Source of the DNA: a virus
Taxonomy: Duplodnaviria; Caudoviricetes
Reading direction: 5' to 3' (one strand)
DNA length: 57,894 nucleotides
Virus record (IMG/VR): IMGVR_UViG_3300031608_001030
Span: 1 to 57,894 of that record
Below are positions 20,377 through 30,686 of the stretch, piece after piece; the stretch's first letter is position 1, and each line of letters opens with the position of its first letter. Under the pieces are notes generated by a model. It had not been told where the DNA came from. It ran no database searches and saw nothing but the letters and a program-made list of their open reading frames with translations. The position numbers were made by a program, and so were the translations under genes.

Positions 20377-21582
20377 TTATTTAAATGTGTAATTTATACC
20401 AAATGATGATTGGAATATTTCCCTATCCCATAGTTGTGCGTATTCACCTTCAGCAAACATACCAATATGCTTACCAATCTTTGTACCTAATACCAATCCA
20501 AATTGTACATCAGTCCATTGTTCAAACTCACTACCTTTCAGTAATCCACCCTTTCCCCAGTTGTTCCTATCACCATATGTAAAATCACCACCACCTAAAA
20601 CGTATTGATGAAATGGTAATATAATGTTAGCGTATGCGTGAATCCAAAAGTTTTTACTATAATGATAGAAATCCGCGCCAATGATTGGGGCAACTTCACC
20701 AAACTTAGATAATTGACTATATATCTCATTATTGTAGTTATTCATTAAGGTTGGGTATATATTTTCTCTGAATTGTAAATCAGTATATGCAACTATAACC
20801 CCATCAGGATCTTGCCATATCCAATCCTGAGTTACTACACCCATATTATCAGTATAAGTTATAATTTGGTCTTGATACCCATTATCATACCCCAAGGTGT
20901 ACCAAGGATTATTATAGTTACCATTTTCATCCATTTCGTTTAACCATATCTCAATTGGATTGTAACCAAATGCTTGCTTATGTGTTCTCAATATACCACC
21001 CGCTGAGAATGAGAATTTACTTCCAATTGGTAATCTAACTCTAGCTTCTACAGACTGATATGCAAAATCAATATTACCCATTTTACGAGCTTCTGCTTTA
21101 ACGATGTGATATTTACCAGTATGTCGTAGGAAGAATCTGTGATTGGTGAATACATCACCACGCTGTCTTTGCTTCTCCCAATGGAATAGGTATTCAAATC
21201 CATCAATTGCAGCAGTTGGAGCGGATAGTGCTTTATTATTCTCTGCATCGGTTGCTCCTGTATAGAAATTAGCACCCTTCACTTCATAATCAAATCTAGC
21301 TAATTTTCTAATACCAAAGCCGAATCTGTAATCAAATGGGTGATATTCCGTACCATCCGTTACATCAGGTACTGAGTATAAACTACCATCAGGGTTAGTT
21401 CTAAGAAAGTATGTTTTTTCGGTTGTTTCGTATGAGTTATTAATATCACCAGCAGCATAAATAGTACCATACTTTAGGAAGTCTGTATAAACTCCCTTTA
21501 AGAATGAATCCTTCTTAGTAGTTTGAGCGTTAATACCCCATACGTTTAGTATAGTTAATATTATAATTAGTGTATGCCTCAT
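20377..21582 (-). CDS. exported protein, probable outer-membrane beta-barrel
   Basis: signal peptide ending INA-Q; aromatic alternating strands; C-terminal FGINYTFK. Confidence 0.6.
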   Translation of the reverse strand: MRHTLIIILTILNVWGINAQTTKKDSFLKGVYTDFLKYGTIYAAGDINNSYETTEKTYFLRTNPDGSLYSVPDVTDGTEYHPFDYRFGFGIRKLARFDYEVKGANFYTGATDAENNKALSAPTAAIDGFEYLFHWEKQRQRGDVFTNHRFFLRHTGKYHIVKAEARKMGNIDFAYQSVEARVRLPIGSKFSFSAGGILRTHKQAFGYNPIEIWLNEMDENGNYNNPWYTLGYDNGYQDQIITYTDNMGVVTQDWIWQDPDGVIVAYTDLQFRENIYPTLMNNYNNEIYSQLSKFGEVAPIIGADFYHYSKNFWIHAYANIILPFHQYVLGGGDFTYGDRNNWGKGGLLKGSEFEQWTDVQFGLVLGTKIGKHIGMFAEGEYAQLWDREIFQSSFGINYTFK

Positions 21583-21616
21583 AGTAGTAGTTATGTTAAA
21601 TATATTATTGTCAATT

Positions 21617-21865
21617 CTATTTTTTAGCGAACTTCTCTAATCCAGCAATACCAAAACTACCTAAAGTTACAATAACGAATGAATTATAAATGAACTCTTG
21701 TACTACTAAGTCTTTTCCGAAATACCCAGTCACTAAATCAGTCAATGCGAATACAACCATTACTGCGAATGACATGAATCCAATTACGGTCTTTTCGTTG
21801 ATGCTATTATCATCATTAAATATGTTTTTAAATGACATTATGTGTCTCCAAATTCGTTTTACCAT
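21617..21865 (-). CDS. small two-TM membrane protein (holin-like)
   Basis: two TMs, basic C-terminus EKFAKK, next to the endolysin. Confidence 0.6.
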   Translation of the reverse strand: MVKRIWRHIMSFKNIFNDDNSINEKTVIGFMSFAVMVVFALTDLVTGYFGKDLVVQEFIYNSFVIVTLGSFGIAGLEKFAKK

Positions 21866-21966
21866 ATGCTAACTTCTTTTATGACTGTGTTTATGATTAT
21901 AAATAGGTAGGTTTTACAGAAACTGCTGTATATTACACCAACTAATTTACTTTTTAATGTAGTAAT

Positions 21967-22896
21967 TTATAAACTCACTAACATATCTAATAGTTCCGGC
22001 TGTGGGAACATATCCGATTTATCTTTTCTAGTGTTAGTATGTGTCCATAATCCCTTTACTTTACCGTAGTATGCATCTGTGTTAAATTCAAAAGCGTCTG
22101 CTCCAATTTCTTTAACTAATGCTGGTAATCCTGCTCTTATATCTATATTATCTCGCTCTCCGATGAATAATATTAGATTTTTTAATGATTCAATTTGTAT
22201 ATCAGAATATCTGTGCCAAACTGAATGTCCTCTGAATGGGGTATCTAATGTAACCATCTGTAATTCATCTGCTAAAACTCCAGCATATGTATAATATGAA
22301 TTTGGATTTTTAGCTACCCAAATACCACGGTTAGTATAACCACCCTTTGTTAAATACGCAAAGTTATTTACTTCAATACCTACTGAATTTTTATGCATAC
22401 TCTGAGAACCATTCTTCCCTAAATGCCATCCGTAATTTCCTTCTGGAAATGCTTGAACTACTTCCCCATCATAACTAACATCATTACCTGCCACAGATTG
22501 ACCACCTAGAACGAATTCGGTTGCAACAGCACCCCGCTTATCCCTACCCCAAGAATCAATTGTTTTATATGGATTTTGTCGACCTGCTGTATGATGTATG
22601 AACACATACTCTGCTTTAATTGGTCCGTTCTTATATTCACCCTCTGGTAGAAAGTGTTTATTTATGATTAGTCCGTTTTTTGTTGTGTAACTTTGCTCCG
22701 ATACATCAGTAGTAGCCATACCCATAGCATCCCAAGTGGCAGGGCCAACAATACCATCAACAGTAAGACCGTTGTAGGCTTGCCATTCTTTAAGAGATTT
22801 CTCTGTTCCTCTACCAAAGATGCCATCTGCACCCACGCCCAAGAACTTCTGTAATTCTTTAACTTCAATCCCCTTACTACCATTTTTTAATAACAT
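21967..22896 (-). CDS. endolysin: PG-binding domain plus amidase_2 N-acetylmuramoyl-L-alanine amidase
   Basis: ADGIFG..T, VDGIVGPATW; IHHTAG, WHLG, SVGIE, THTN.RKDKSD. Confidence 0.9.
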   Translation of the reverse strand: MLLKNGSKGIEVKELQKFLGVGADGIFGRGTEKSLKEWQAYNGLTVDGIVGPATWDAMGMATTDVSEQSYTTKNGLIINKHFLPEGEYKNGPIKAEYVFIHHTAGRQNPYKTIDSWGRDKRGAVATEFVLGGQSVAGNDVSYDGEVVQAFPEGNYGWHLGKNGSQSMHKNSVGIEVNNFAYLTKGGYTNRGIWVAKNPNSYYTYAGVLADELQMVTLDTPFRGHSVWHRYSDIQIESLKNLILFIGERDNIDIRAGLPALVKEIGADAFEFNTDAYYGKVKGLWTHTNTRKDKSDMFPQPELLDMLVSL

Positions 22897-22943
22897 AATA
22901 CCTAAGTTTAAAAAGCCTGTGTTAGCCTCTTATACATAAATAG

Positions 22944-23123
22944 TTAATAATCTAAGTTAACGTATGATTTGGGTATAACCCAATCAGTCCCAAATGGGTC
23001 AGTTACTATAATTTCTTGCTTTTTTTCGTAATCCGATATGACTATCACCCTCTCGCCAACCGGGAGGCAACCCTTGTGGTTCGTGAAAGTCCGTATCATC
23101 CTCGTTCTTATTGTGTTTTTCAT
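22944..23123 (-). CDS. small SH3-like protein (not in ORF track)
   Basis: hand translation, 59 aa ...LPVGERVIV...VTDPFGTDWVIPKSYV; overlaps 22999..23208. Confidence 0.55.
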   Translation of the reverse strand: MKNTIRTRMIRTFTNHKGCLPVGERVIVISDYEKKQEIIVTDPFGTDWVIPKSYVNLDY

Positions 23124-23208
23124 GCTTTCTGTTTATTTTTTGGGTGCCACCATACAATTCATCTAAATCATCGTAATCATCGAGATTGGAAATTTGAATT
23201 TTGCTCAT
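22999..23208 (-). CDS. hypothetical protein
   Basis: 69 aa, starts 3 nt after the upstream stop; C-terminal half overlaps another frame. Confidence 0.5.
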   Translation of the reverse strand: MSKIQISNLDDYDDLDELYGGTQKINRKHEKHNKNEDDTDFHEPQGLPPGWREGDSHIGLRKKARNYSN

Positions 23209-23211
23209 CTG

Positions 23212-23454
23212 CTACTGTCGTATTAAATTTAATTTAGATGTCATCTGTAAGAACTCCTCAATTGAGTATTCTTTAGATTGCTCATCTTTAATTTTTACTG
23301 TATTTAATGTATCTGGATACTTTTCGATTAAACGTACTAATATCTCAAACCCTTGGTCTGTCCAAAAGTTTTTAAATGCGGATTCACCCAACACATTAGT
23401 TGAATACTGAGTCCCCTCTTCCGTATCATTTGGTAATAAAATGTAGTATATCAT
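23212..23454 (-). CDS. hypothetical protein
   Basis: 80-aa ORF. Confidence 0.7.
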   Translation of the reverse strand: MIYYILLPNDTEEGTQYSTNVLGESAFKNFWTDQGFEILVRLIEKYPDTLNTVKIKDEQSKEYSIEEFLQMTSKLNLIRQ

Positions 23455-23470
23455 AGTACAAATAACTATA

Positions 23471-24664
23471 TCAATTTAAACGAATCAATGAATTTTCGTA
23501 TGTTTTTATCTTTCTGATGTTAAACTTAAAGATATCCAATTCGAATTCTCCTAATGAAAGTTCTGATGATTCTAGTATACTAGCAAACTCAGTTATTAAA
23601 TTAAATGAGCTTTGGGTTAATTTGTTTGCATCAAATGTTACTGTAATATCTGCTTCGATATTATCATTTATTCTATTTGATAGAACGTACATAGTGTTCG
23701 GCTGCTCTAACTTAATATAATCATCAATTACCTCAGTTGATAAATCAACATTTATTTTACTACACCACGGTTCCAGCATATTCAGAATTACCTCATTTGA
23801 ATTGGTAATATTGAATCCAAATTCATATTTTGGTGGTACGATTGGTTTCATAAACGTATCGTGCTTTACAAAATGTCCCCACTTTCTGATGAAGTTACGA
23901 GTTGAACGGATGTTCTGTGTTAACCACTCATCCGATTCAGTCCCAACAGTTGTAATAGTAGGATTAAACCTACTTCCTCTACAAGTCAAATGAAATACTG
24001 CCCCATCCCAAGTCTGAACGAACTTATACCCATTCAGTAAGAATCGATTAAAGATATCAGAATCTTCTTTTGATTGTGGTGCGTATAATGGGTCATGCCC
24101 ACCGATTGATTGGAAATCTTCTTTGAATAAGAACCAAGGAGCAAATATACCTTCGGTCGTTTTACCTTTGTACTTAGTTAGATACTCATTTTTGAAATGA
24201 TTTAAGAACCAACCTTCATCAAAATCAGTAGGTTCTTGTGGTGCATCTTTAATCAATGCCTTCTCTGGACCCGGTGGGTGTAAATCTGGCTCAATTCTCG
24301 TTAAAGATACAACCGTCTGTGGTTTTAAGTGTTCTATCACAGATTCTAATGAACCTGGACACAAATACATATCAGCATGGTATATACCAACTATTATAGT
24401 CGGTGCTACTTCATTAACTAATTTATCATATAAGATAGTATGCCCCAATCGAGTTGGTCCTTCATTACGAATTGCATGAAAGTTCTTATCCTTCTTCATC
24501 ATTTCAGTACACCATTCCCATGTCCCATCACTACTGAAATCATCTGCTACACATATATGTGGTTCAACTCCCCCATTCTTTCTGATTGAATCGTATGACC
24601 ACTTTAGGTAAACTAAATTGTCCCTACTGGGTTGTATAAAACTTATATCTTTTTTACTTATCAT
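23471..24664 (-). CDS. GT2-family glycosyltransferase
   Basis: VADDFSSDGT, HADM, GGHD..Y....EDSD. Confidence 0.88.
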   Translation of the reverse strand: MISKKDISFIQPSRDNLVYLKWSYDSIRKNGGVEPHICVADDFSSDGTWEWCTEMMKKDKNFHAIRNEGPTRLGHTILYDKLVNEVAPTIIVGIYHADMYLCPGSLESVIEHLKPQTVVSLTRIEPDLHPPGPEKALIKDAPQEPTDFDEGWFLNHFKNEYLTKYKGKTTEGIFAPWFLFKEDFQSIGGHDPLYAPQSKEDSDIFNRFLLNGYKFVQTWDGAVFHLTCRGSRFNPTITTVGTESDEWLTQNIRSTRNFIRKWGHFVKHDTFMKPIVPPKYEFGFNITNSNEVILNMLEPWCSKINVDLSTEVIDDYIKLEQPNTMYVLSNRINDNIEADITVTFDANKLTQSSFNLITEFASILESSELSLGEFELDIFKFNIRKIKTYENSLIRLN

Positions 24665-25575
24665 AACTTCATTTTTTCTTTAAATATATCTTCACTATAA
24701 TGTTCGGTGTATAATTCTTTTGTTAATATACGATTTTCTTCGTAGAAATCCAAATCATTCCATAGTTTATTTACTAATTTTCTTGCAGTTTCCATATCAC
24801 CATCTCTAACTGATAGATTTGGGTGTAGTATTCTCTGTGTATCCAATGTATCATAACCAACACAAGGAATCCCTAAGAAACTACAGTTCAATGCGAATGT
24901 ACCAGCTGCATGAGTTCTCATCATATGAATACCCAATTTTCTCTTTGATAATTCAGTAATCCAATCTTGCCATACTAAATATGGTAATTGGTTAATACCC
25001 AATGATGTTTCGTTTTCTTCACGTCTACCCATCTTAGGTTGGTATATATCCTCAGTAACACTACTAGCTAACATAAACGAATCAAACCCACCGTACCACG
25101 ATTTCATATTACCACCTATCATAATACCACTACGTTCATCAGACCCCACTATATCATCTGATACAGCCTCTTCTATCATAAGTGATTGTAATACCCTTAC
25201 ATCTTTATGATTAGTTAACCCTTTATAATATTCTCTATCGTGTTGATTATGAGTGTATATGATATCTGCTGATGTTAGATTGTTAAAGTAATGTATTTGA
25301 TTTTCCAATGGGTAATCTTGGTAATACCAAAATGGTCCTTCTTGCATTACTGCAACCTTTGTACAGTATTGCTTTAACTTTTCAACATCAACCCATTCAG
25401 GGTGATTTTTGGAGTTTATTGCGATTCCCAAATCATACGTTTCAGTTGGTGTATCGTTTAGATTATAATGGTCTGCGTTCATAGCAACCATCCAAGCAAA
25501 CTCAGTTCTCATATTAGTATGGGTGCGTGGTAGCTTACCATTGAACCCCATCTCACTAAAAAATGCTACTTTCAT
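24661..25575 (-). CDS. glycosyltransferase (GT-B-like)
   Basis: MKVAFFSE start, GTFALNC..LGIPCVG; cluster context. Confidence 0.7.
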   Translation of the reverse strand: MKVAFFSEMGFNGKLPRTHTNMRTEFAWMVAMNADHYNLNDTPTETYDLGIAINSKNHPEWVDVEKLKQYCTKVAVMQEGPFWYYQDYPLENQIHYFNNLTSADIIYTHNQHDREYYKGLTNHKDVRVLQSLMIEEAVSDDIVGSDERSGIMIGGNMKSWYGGFDSFMLASSVTEDIYQPKMGRREENETSLGINQLPYLVWQDWITELSKRKLGIHMMRTHAAGTFALNCSFLGIPCVGYDTLDTQRILHPNLSVRDGDMETARKLVNKLWNDLDFYEENRILTKELYTEHYSEDIFKEKMKL

Positions 25576-26441
25576 ATATTACTTATAGATTTCCTATACA
25601 TATAATTTTGGGATTTTATAATATTGGATTTTAGTTTGTTTTTAGCTACAGAAAATGTGGATGTGTAGTTTGCGATTGTATCGTTTACACCACATTGACT
25701 ACCCACATTAAACACAGCTTTTGATTTTATATACAACTGTACTCTAATATCGATGTGTCGTAAATCTAATACACCATTATATTTAAAGTTGCGATTTTGC
25801 TCACATACCCAATAGAATATTGGTAAATCATATTCATCTAACTTCTGCTGAATTAATTCATCTGCATCAAATTTATACCCATTTGGGATTAATAGAGTTC
25901 CGAACTTACCATCAGAATACTGCTTTATTATATTATCACCCTCATCCATTTCAGACTTACTCCAATACATCTCAGGTTCAATATTATCAATATCATCGAA
26001 CTGCCAGAATTTTAACATCTGCTCTAATAGAGGTACATCCCCATCACACGTATCATATACCCTATAATGGTCGTTAAATACATCACCGGTGAAATCATCA
26101 ATATACCCATCAATATATGGATTATTATCAAATATAGAATGAACCACATTAAACGGGTCACCCCATGAACTCCAATTTTGCTCTGAACCACCAAACATAT
26201 TCTTTAAAAGTTTGGGTGATGGTATCCACACTTTACAATCTGGGTATTTCTCTTTAAGTTTTCTAGGGAATGCTGATATGATACCCCAATCACCGATTCC
26301 GAAGCAAGTTCGTAAAATTATAAACTCACCGATATCCAAATACTCATCCGGTATTACTAACTTCTCATTAGAATTGAATCCAAGATTGGTTACATCACCA
26401 ATGATTAAAACACGACCATTTACTGTTCTATAAAATTTCAT
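25572..26441 (-). CDS. GT9 (heptosyltransferase)-like glycosyltransferase
   Basis: GIGDW......R.LK..YP, F.NNPYID, VGSQCG. Confidence 0.6.
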   Translation of the reverse strand: MKFYRTVNGRVLIIGDVTNLGFNSNEKLVIPDEYLDIGEFIILRTCFGIGDWGIISAFPRKLKEKYPDCKVWIPSPKLLKNMFGGSEQNWSSWGDPFNVVHSIFDNNPYIDGYIDDFTGDVFNDHYRVYDTCDGDVPLLEQMLKFWQFDDIDNIEPEMYWSKSEMDEGDNIIKQYSDGKFGTLLIPNGYKFDADELIQQKLDEYDLPIFYWVCEQNRNFKYNGVLDLRHIDIRVQLYIKSKAVFNVGSQCGVNDTIANYTSTFSVAKNKLKSNIIKSQNYMYRKSISNI

Positions 26442-26444
26442 TCA

Positions 26445-27080
26445 TTATAATGTATTGTAATATGCGTTTTGTATCACCTGCTTATCTATACTCTTTGGGT
26501 GATATAATACAAACTCTTCTAATTCAGGTAAATTGGATATGGTACTGAATCCTGTTAGTCGTTCATGAACCTTATTCTCCCATTTGATTTTATCTATATT
26601 CTTATAAATTCTCATTTGGTAATCCGGCCAATTAACCCAACCTTTTTCATTAACATTCCATCTCCATTTCTGAATATGTGTTTCTGTTAACCCATCTACT
26701 GTATTCACTCTAGGTACTACTACAACCTCAACATCGTTTTCTTCAAGTATCCAATGAATATTCTCCATTAATTTTTCATTTGGAATTTCATCTGCATCTA
26801 TATTGAAAATATAATCACCATCACATAATGATGTAAGTTTATTTTTCATATTAGCGAAGTGTCCATCAAATTCATAGGGTAGCCATAAAAACTCACCATT
26901 AATTGATTTAGCTCGTAGGAATTCCTCAACTGCAGTTGAACCGTTCTTAGAATCAAACAAAACCACAATGGTGTCTTGTAGTTGTTTGTTCTTTAGTAAG
27001 AATGATATTAATCTCTGTATCTCAGTATGTTCATTACATACCGATATTGCGTATGTAATTTGTATTTTCTTATTTTTCAT
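26445..27080 (-). CDS. GT2-family glycosyltransferase
   Basis: VCNE, F...KN, DYIFNIDADE, WPDYQ.R, W...VHE. Confidence 0.88.
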   Translation of the reverse strand: MKNKKIQITYAISVCNEHTEIQRLISFLLKNKQLQDTIVVLFDSKNGSTAVEEFLRAKSINGEFLWLPYEFDGHFANMKNKLTSLCDGDYIFNIDADEIPNEKLMENIHWILEENDVEVVVVPRVNTVDGLTETHIQKWRWNVNEKGWVNWPDYQMRIYKNIDKIKWENKVHERLTGFSTISNLPELEEFVLYHPKSIDKQVIQNAYYNTL

Positions 27081-27564
27081 TATCCCTCTGTTGTTGTTCT
27101 AATAACTCCTTACGTTCAGCTACCGATGGTATCTTATCATATTGACCCCAATTGTAGTTAACTGCCTTAATCGATACGATTTTCTTTAAATCAAACGTTC
27201 GATATCCAGCTTTAAATTTCTTATCATTTTTAATCTCATCGGTGTAAAATACCTTTGATGATGATGTAATTTGTACTTTTGCTAATTCCAATTTCCGAAC
27301 CTTAGTTGATTCTGCTAAGACCTCTTTATAATACTCACCCATTTCTTGTACCTTTCCGGGTGCAATTGCGTTTAATGATAAAGCGTGAACCTTTCCATCA
27401 GCGGAGTTGGGCCATTTGGGTTGTAAAATTAATATAATATAATTCGCTGCACCAGAATCCTTCTTATATCGTAATTTTACAACCATACCACGCTCCAACT
27501 TCTCCTTTGAGATTACAGTTGGGTCGGTGGTTTTTCTTAGATGAGTATTATAATAGTCAGCCAT
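27070..27564 (-). CDS. hypothetical protein, weak resemblance to T4 gp2 DNA end protector
   Basis: V.LRY...ILIL......GKVHALSL...FY...YRTF pattern; function tentative. Confidence 0.45.
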   Translation of the reverse strand: MADYYNTHLRKTTDPTVISKEKLERGMVVKLRYKKDSGAANYIILILQPKWPNSADGKVHALSLNAIAPGKVQEMGEYYKEVLAESTKVRKLELAKVQITSSSKVFYTDEIKNDKKFKAGYRTFDLKKIVSIKAVNYNWGQYDKIPSVAERKELLEQQQRDNEK

Positions 27565-28850
27565 TATTTAATCTTTTTTAATGTAGGTAATTTTAATCCT
27601 ACCGATTTCGGTGTAATTGGAATTTTCGTTTCATCTATAAGAGTACCTATTAATTCTACCATCTTCTGATATGAAAAGGTATCTTTAGAATATTTACGAT
27701 GCTTTCTGGACTTCTCCAAATAAGGTTTATAGTTCTTATACATATCACTCATAACACCTGCAGCTGCTTTATAATCAATCGTAAACCACTTCGCGTCTTT
27801 AATTAAAAACTTATCTGCAGCTGAAGTATGTACTCCGGTTAACTCACCTGGAATCACACTAACAAAGTCAGAGTTTATGAAATCCAGTTGGCCGCTCCAA
27901 CCACTAACAATCATCGGCTTTCCACTAACGGTTGCTTCTAACAAAGGCCTACCGAACCCCTCACCTCTCGTAAATGAAACATGAGCCTTAACTTTCGGAT
28001 GATTGTATAATGCGTTTATTTCAGCATCAGTCAAATCAGCATGTAGTAAGTATATAGGTGGTAATTTCGTTGAATCCACTTGTGTTTTAATATTCTCTAT
28101 CAACTTTTTTATTCTAACTCTATCAACTAATGAAGTTGAACCCATTGATGTTTTTAGAATTAACGCCGGTTGCTTACTTTTGTTCTTAAATGTGTTTAAG
28201 AATGTCCATATCAAACCACTTACATTTTTTCTATCCTGAAAGAATTCACCTTTTAGCCAATGCCCTACGAATAGGAACGCAAAATCTTCTTTAATATCTT
28301 TAAGAGTATTATCAATTCCAGCTTCAGATGGTGCTTTTTCATTGTAGATATCTAAATCGATACCCTCAAATAAAACCTCTACCGGCTTTTCAAGTCTAAG
28401 TTGACCTATTGAATTACCACTATCTTTATCCTTCTTATCAAATACTGATGATTGGATAACTTCTTTGGTAAATTTTGATGATACTAATGTTAAGTCCATT
28501 CTATTAATACCCTCCAAACATTCAGGTGGCATTACCGTTGTTTCTACTCCGGCAGTTACACCGATGTTGAAATCACCCACAGGTGTAAATTCATTTGGTA
28601 CTGTAATCTGAATCCATACATTAGGCTTCTTCTCCATCTTTTCAGTAACCACTCTGCTTAATAAATCATCATCATTACCTTCTTTTAATACATCCATTGC
28701 TGTCTGCCCCCATCTCTGAGAAATGATATGAATATCCCAATCTGGTTTAGATTTAATAAGGCCTCTTACGAAATCTCTACTTCTTGCCCCATAACCACTT
28801 CGGGTTGCGATGGGGCAACTTACTACACATAACTTTTTTATAATTTCCAT
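27564..28850 (-). CDS. GT4-family glycosyltransferase
   Basis: TRSGYG..SRD, FLFVGHW, DRKN, GEGFGRPLLEA; start may be 28877. Confidence 0.88.
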   Translation of the reverse strand: MEIIKKLCVVSCPIATRSGYGARSRDFVRGLIKSKPDWDIHIISQRWGQTAMDVLKEGNDDDLLSRVVTEKMEKKPNVWIQITVPNEFTPVGDFNIGVTAGVETTVMPPECLEGINRMDLTLVSSKFTKEVIQSSVFDKKDKDSGNSIGQLRLEKPVEVLFEGIDLDIYNEKAPSEAGIDNTLKDIKEDFAFLFVGHWLKGEFFQDRKNVSGLIWTFLNTFKNKSKQPALILKTSMGSTSLVDRVRIKKLIENIKTQVDSTKLPPIYLLHADLTDAEINALYNHPKVKAHVSFTRGEGFGRPLLEATVSGKPMIVSGWSGQLDFINSDFVSVIPGELTGVHTSAADKFLIKDAKWFTIDYKAAAGVMSDMYKNYKPYLEKSRKHRKYSKDTFSYQKMVELIGTLIDETKIPITPKSVGLKLPTLKKIK

Positions 28851-30226
28851 AATACTATTTCGTTTCTTGGTTTCCAATTATTAAGTGCAGTTCCCATAGA
28901 GTCTATAAATCTAGCTCCCATATTTTCTGCACTCATTCCACTTTCATCTGATTCTACAAATACTGAACCCTCTAACCCACATTCTTTACGAGTCGGTTCA
29001 TCCATATCATACCACTGCCTTAATACCTTACCTACATCTTCAAATGAACACCTATCATCAAAGATATATGGTGTTGCGATTGAACCTTGTAATGAGCGAT
29101 TAGTTGGCCATACTGGTTTTACCCATCTACCCCATCCTAAATTCTCAGGTAATTCTTTGTGATTATGAAGTGAGCCTAATTTGATGTAATCATCTGCTGT
29201 TATGAACTTACCATCTTTGGTAAATCTACAATGGTCTTGCATACCACCTGTAACATTAACTATAATTGGTGTTCCGGCTCTCATTGATTCACAAGTTGCC
29301 AAACCAAAGCCTTCGTTAGATGCAATGTTAAGTGTTACATCTGCCACATTATATAATACATTCAAATCATCAGTTGAAAACTGAGAATGAGTAAATACTA
29401 CATCGTAATCTGGACACAACTCATCGATAACGGCTGGGATATCTGTTCCATTCGGGTCAGATGGTGCTGTATGTAATAACAATACACATTCATTAGCTTC
29501 TTCCTTCGTCATACCATCACACATTTCTTTATATGATAATATCACATCACCTGGATTCTTTCTACGAATGTTTCTGTTATTCCAAAGAACAACAAACTTC
29601 TTATCTGAAATACCTAACTTCTCTTTTAATTCAGTAACCTGCTTAAATTCAGCTGATTCAGTTGGGATTGGTTTGAACTTTTTAGATACACCATGTGGTA
29701 CATACTTTATCTGCCAATCTTCATACTTTTCACCAAACTTCTCTAATACCCTCTGATTGATACCGTATGTTTGTTTTGAAATACCCATTAGTAAATCACA
29801 ACTTGCATAGAATGGAGCGTTCCATTGTGGGTCTGGCAAATCATCCCATATATTATAATAGAATATAGGAACGTGTCTACGAACCTCATCTTCCATCGCA
29901 TACAACCAATCCCAAAATCTAGGGTCGGTAAAGTGTAATATAGCATCAGGTTGTTCTGTTGTAATTAACTGTCTAAGTAGTTCTTGATTACCATACCCAC
30001 TAAATGGGATAATCTTTACACTAGCATCAGCAACTCCACTTTCTTCTGCGACTGAATCGGATACATCGAAGAACTTTCCTGCATCAGGATGTTTAACGGC
30101 TGCTCCTACTTGAACCCAATCATATTTATGTACGGTATTTAGAACTATCTCCTTTGACATTGTTGCGATTCCACTATGTAATCTCATGTCATCCGAAAGT
30201 AATAAAATCTTTTTCTTCTTACTCAT
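28838..30226 (-). CDS. GT4-family glycosyltransferase
   Basis: KILLLSDD, YVPHG, NRNIRRK, NEGFGL...E....GTPII.NVTGG. Confidence 0.88.
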   Translation of the reverse strand: MSKKKKILLLSDDMRLHSGIATMSKEIVLNTVHKYDWVQVGAAVKHPDAGKFFDVSDSVAEESGVADASVKIIPFSGYGNQELLRQLITTEQPDAILHFTDPRFWDWLYAMEDEVRRHVPIFYYNIWDDLPDPQWNAPFYASCDLLMGISKQTYGINQRVLEKFGEKYEDWQIKYVPHGVSKKFKPIPTESAEFKQVTELKEKLGISDKKFVVLWNNRNIRRKNPGDVILSYKEMCDGMTKEEANECVLLLHTAPSDPNGTDIPAVIDELCPDYDVVFTHSQFSTDDLNVLYNVADVTLNIASNEGFGLATCESMRAGTPIIVNVTGGMQDHCRFTKDGKFITADDYIKLGSLHNHKELPENLGWGRWVKPVWPTNRSLQGSIATPYIFDDRCSFEDVGKVLRQWYDMDEPTRKECGLEGSVFVESDESGMSAENMGARFIDSMGTALNNWKPRNEIVLWKL

Positions 30227-30290
30227 ATTATTTATAACTTTTTGTTTATAACTTATTCTTTGTTTAATATAACTATGTAATTGAAATTAA

Positions 30291-30686
30291 TCAATCCAAA
30301 TACAACACTTTTTTATTGTATCGCTTTAATAATCGTTCTAAGTGTTTTTGTTCTGATGGCTTTATACCACCAAAGTAAAACATCTTATCAGCGTGCTTCA
30401 CAACACAATCATACTGATGTAATGTCTGTGTAGGGTGAAATGGTTTACTATAATAATCATCAGTCATACCACTATATAGATTCCGAGTTGTGCTTGCTGG
30501 ATTATATTCGGTGTATCTAAATCCGAATTCAATCGCATATTTCCGTATGTGTTTTTCACATCCATCCTTTACACCTCTAGTAATGATACTTACATCAGTA
30601 CCAAAGTTCTGCTTTATAGTAAACAGAAAATCTCTGAGCTTCCTAACATTTTCATAGTTGGGCGAGCCAATCATAGCTATATTCAT
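30291..30686 (-). CDS. SLOG (YspA/DprA-like) protein
   Basis: MNIAMIGS..Y, IITRG..DG.E..IRKYA; ATG at 30686. Confidence 0.65.
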   Translation of the reverse strand: MNIAMIGSPNYENVRKLRDFLFTIKQNFGTDVSIITRGVKDGCEKHIRKYAIEFGFRYTEYNPASTTRNLYSGMTDDYYSKPFHPTQTLHQYDCVVKHADKMFYFGGIKPSEQKHLERLLKRYNKKVLYLD

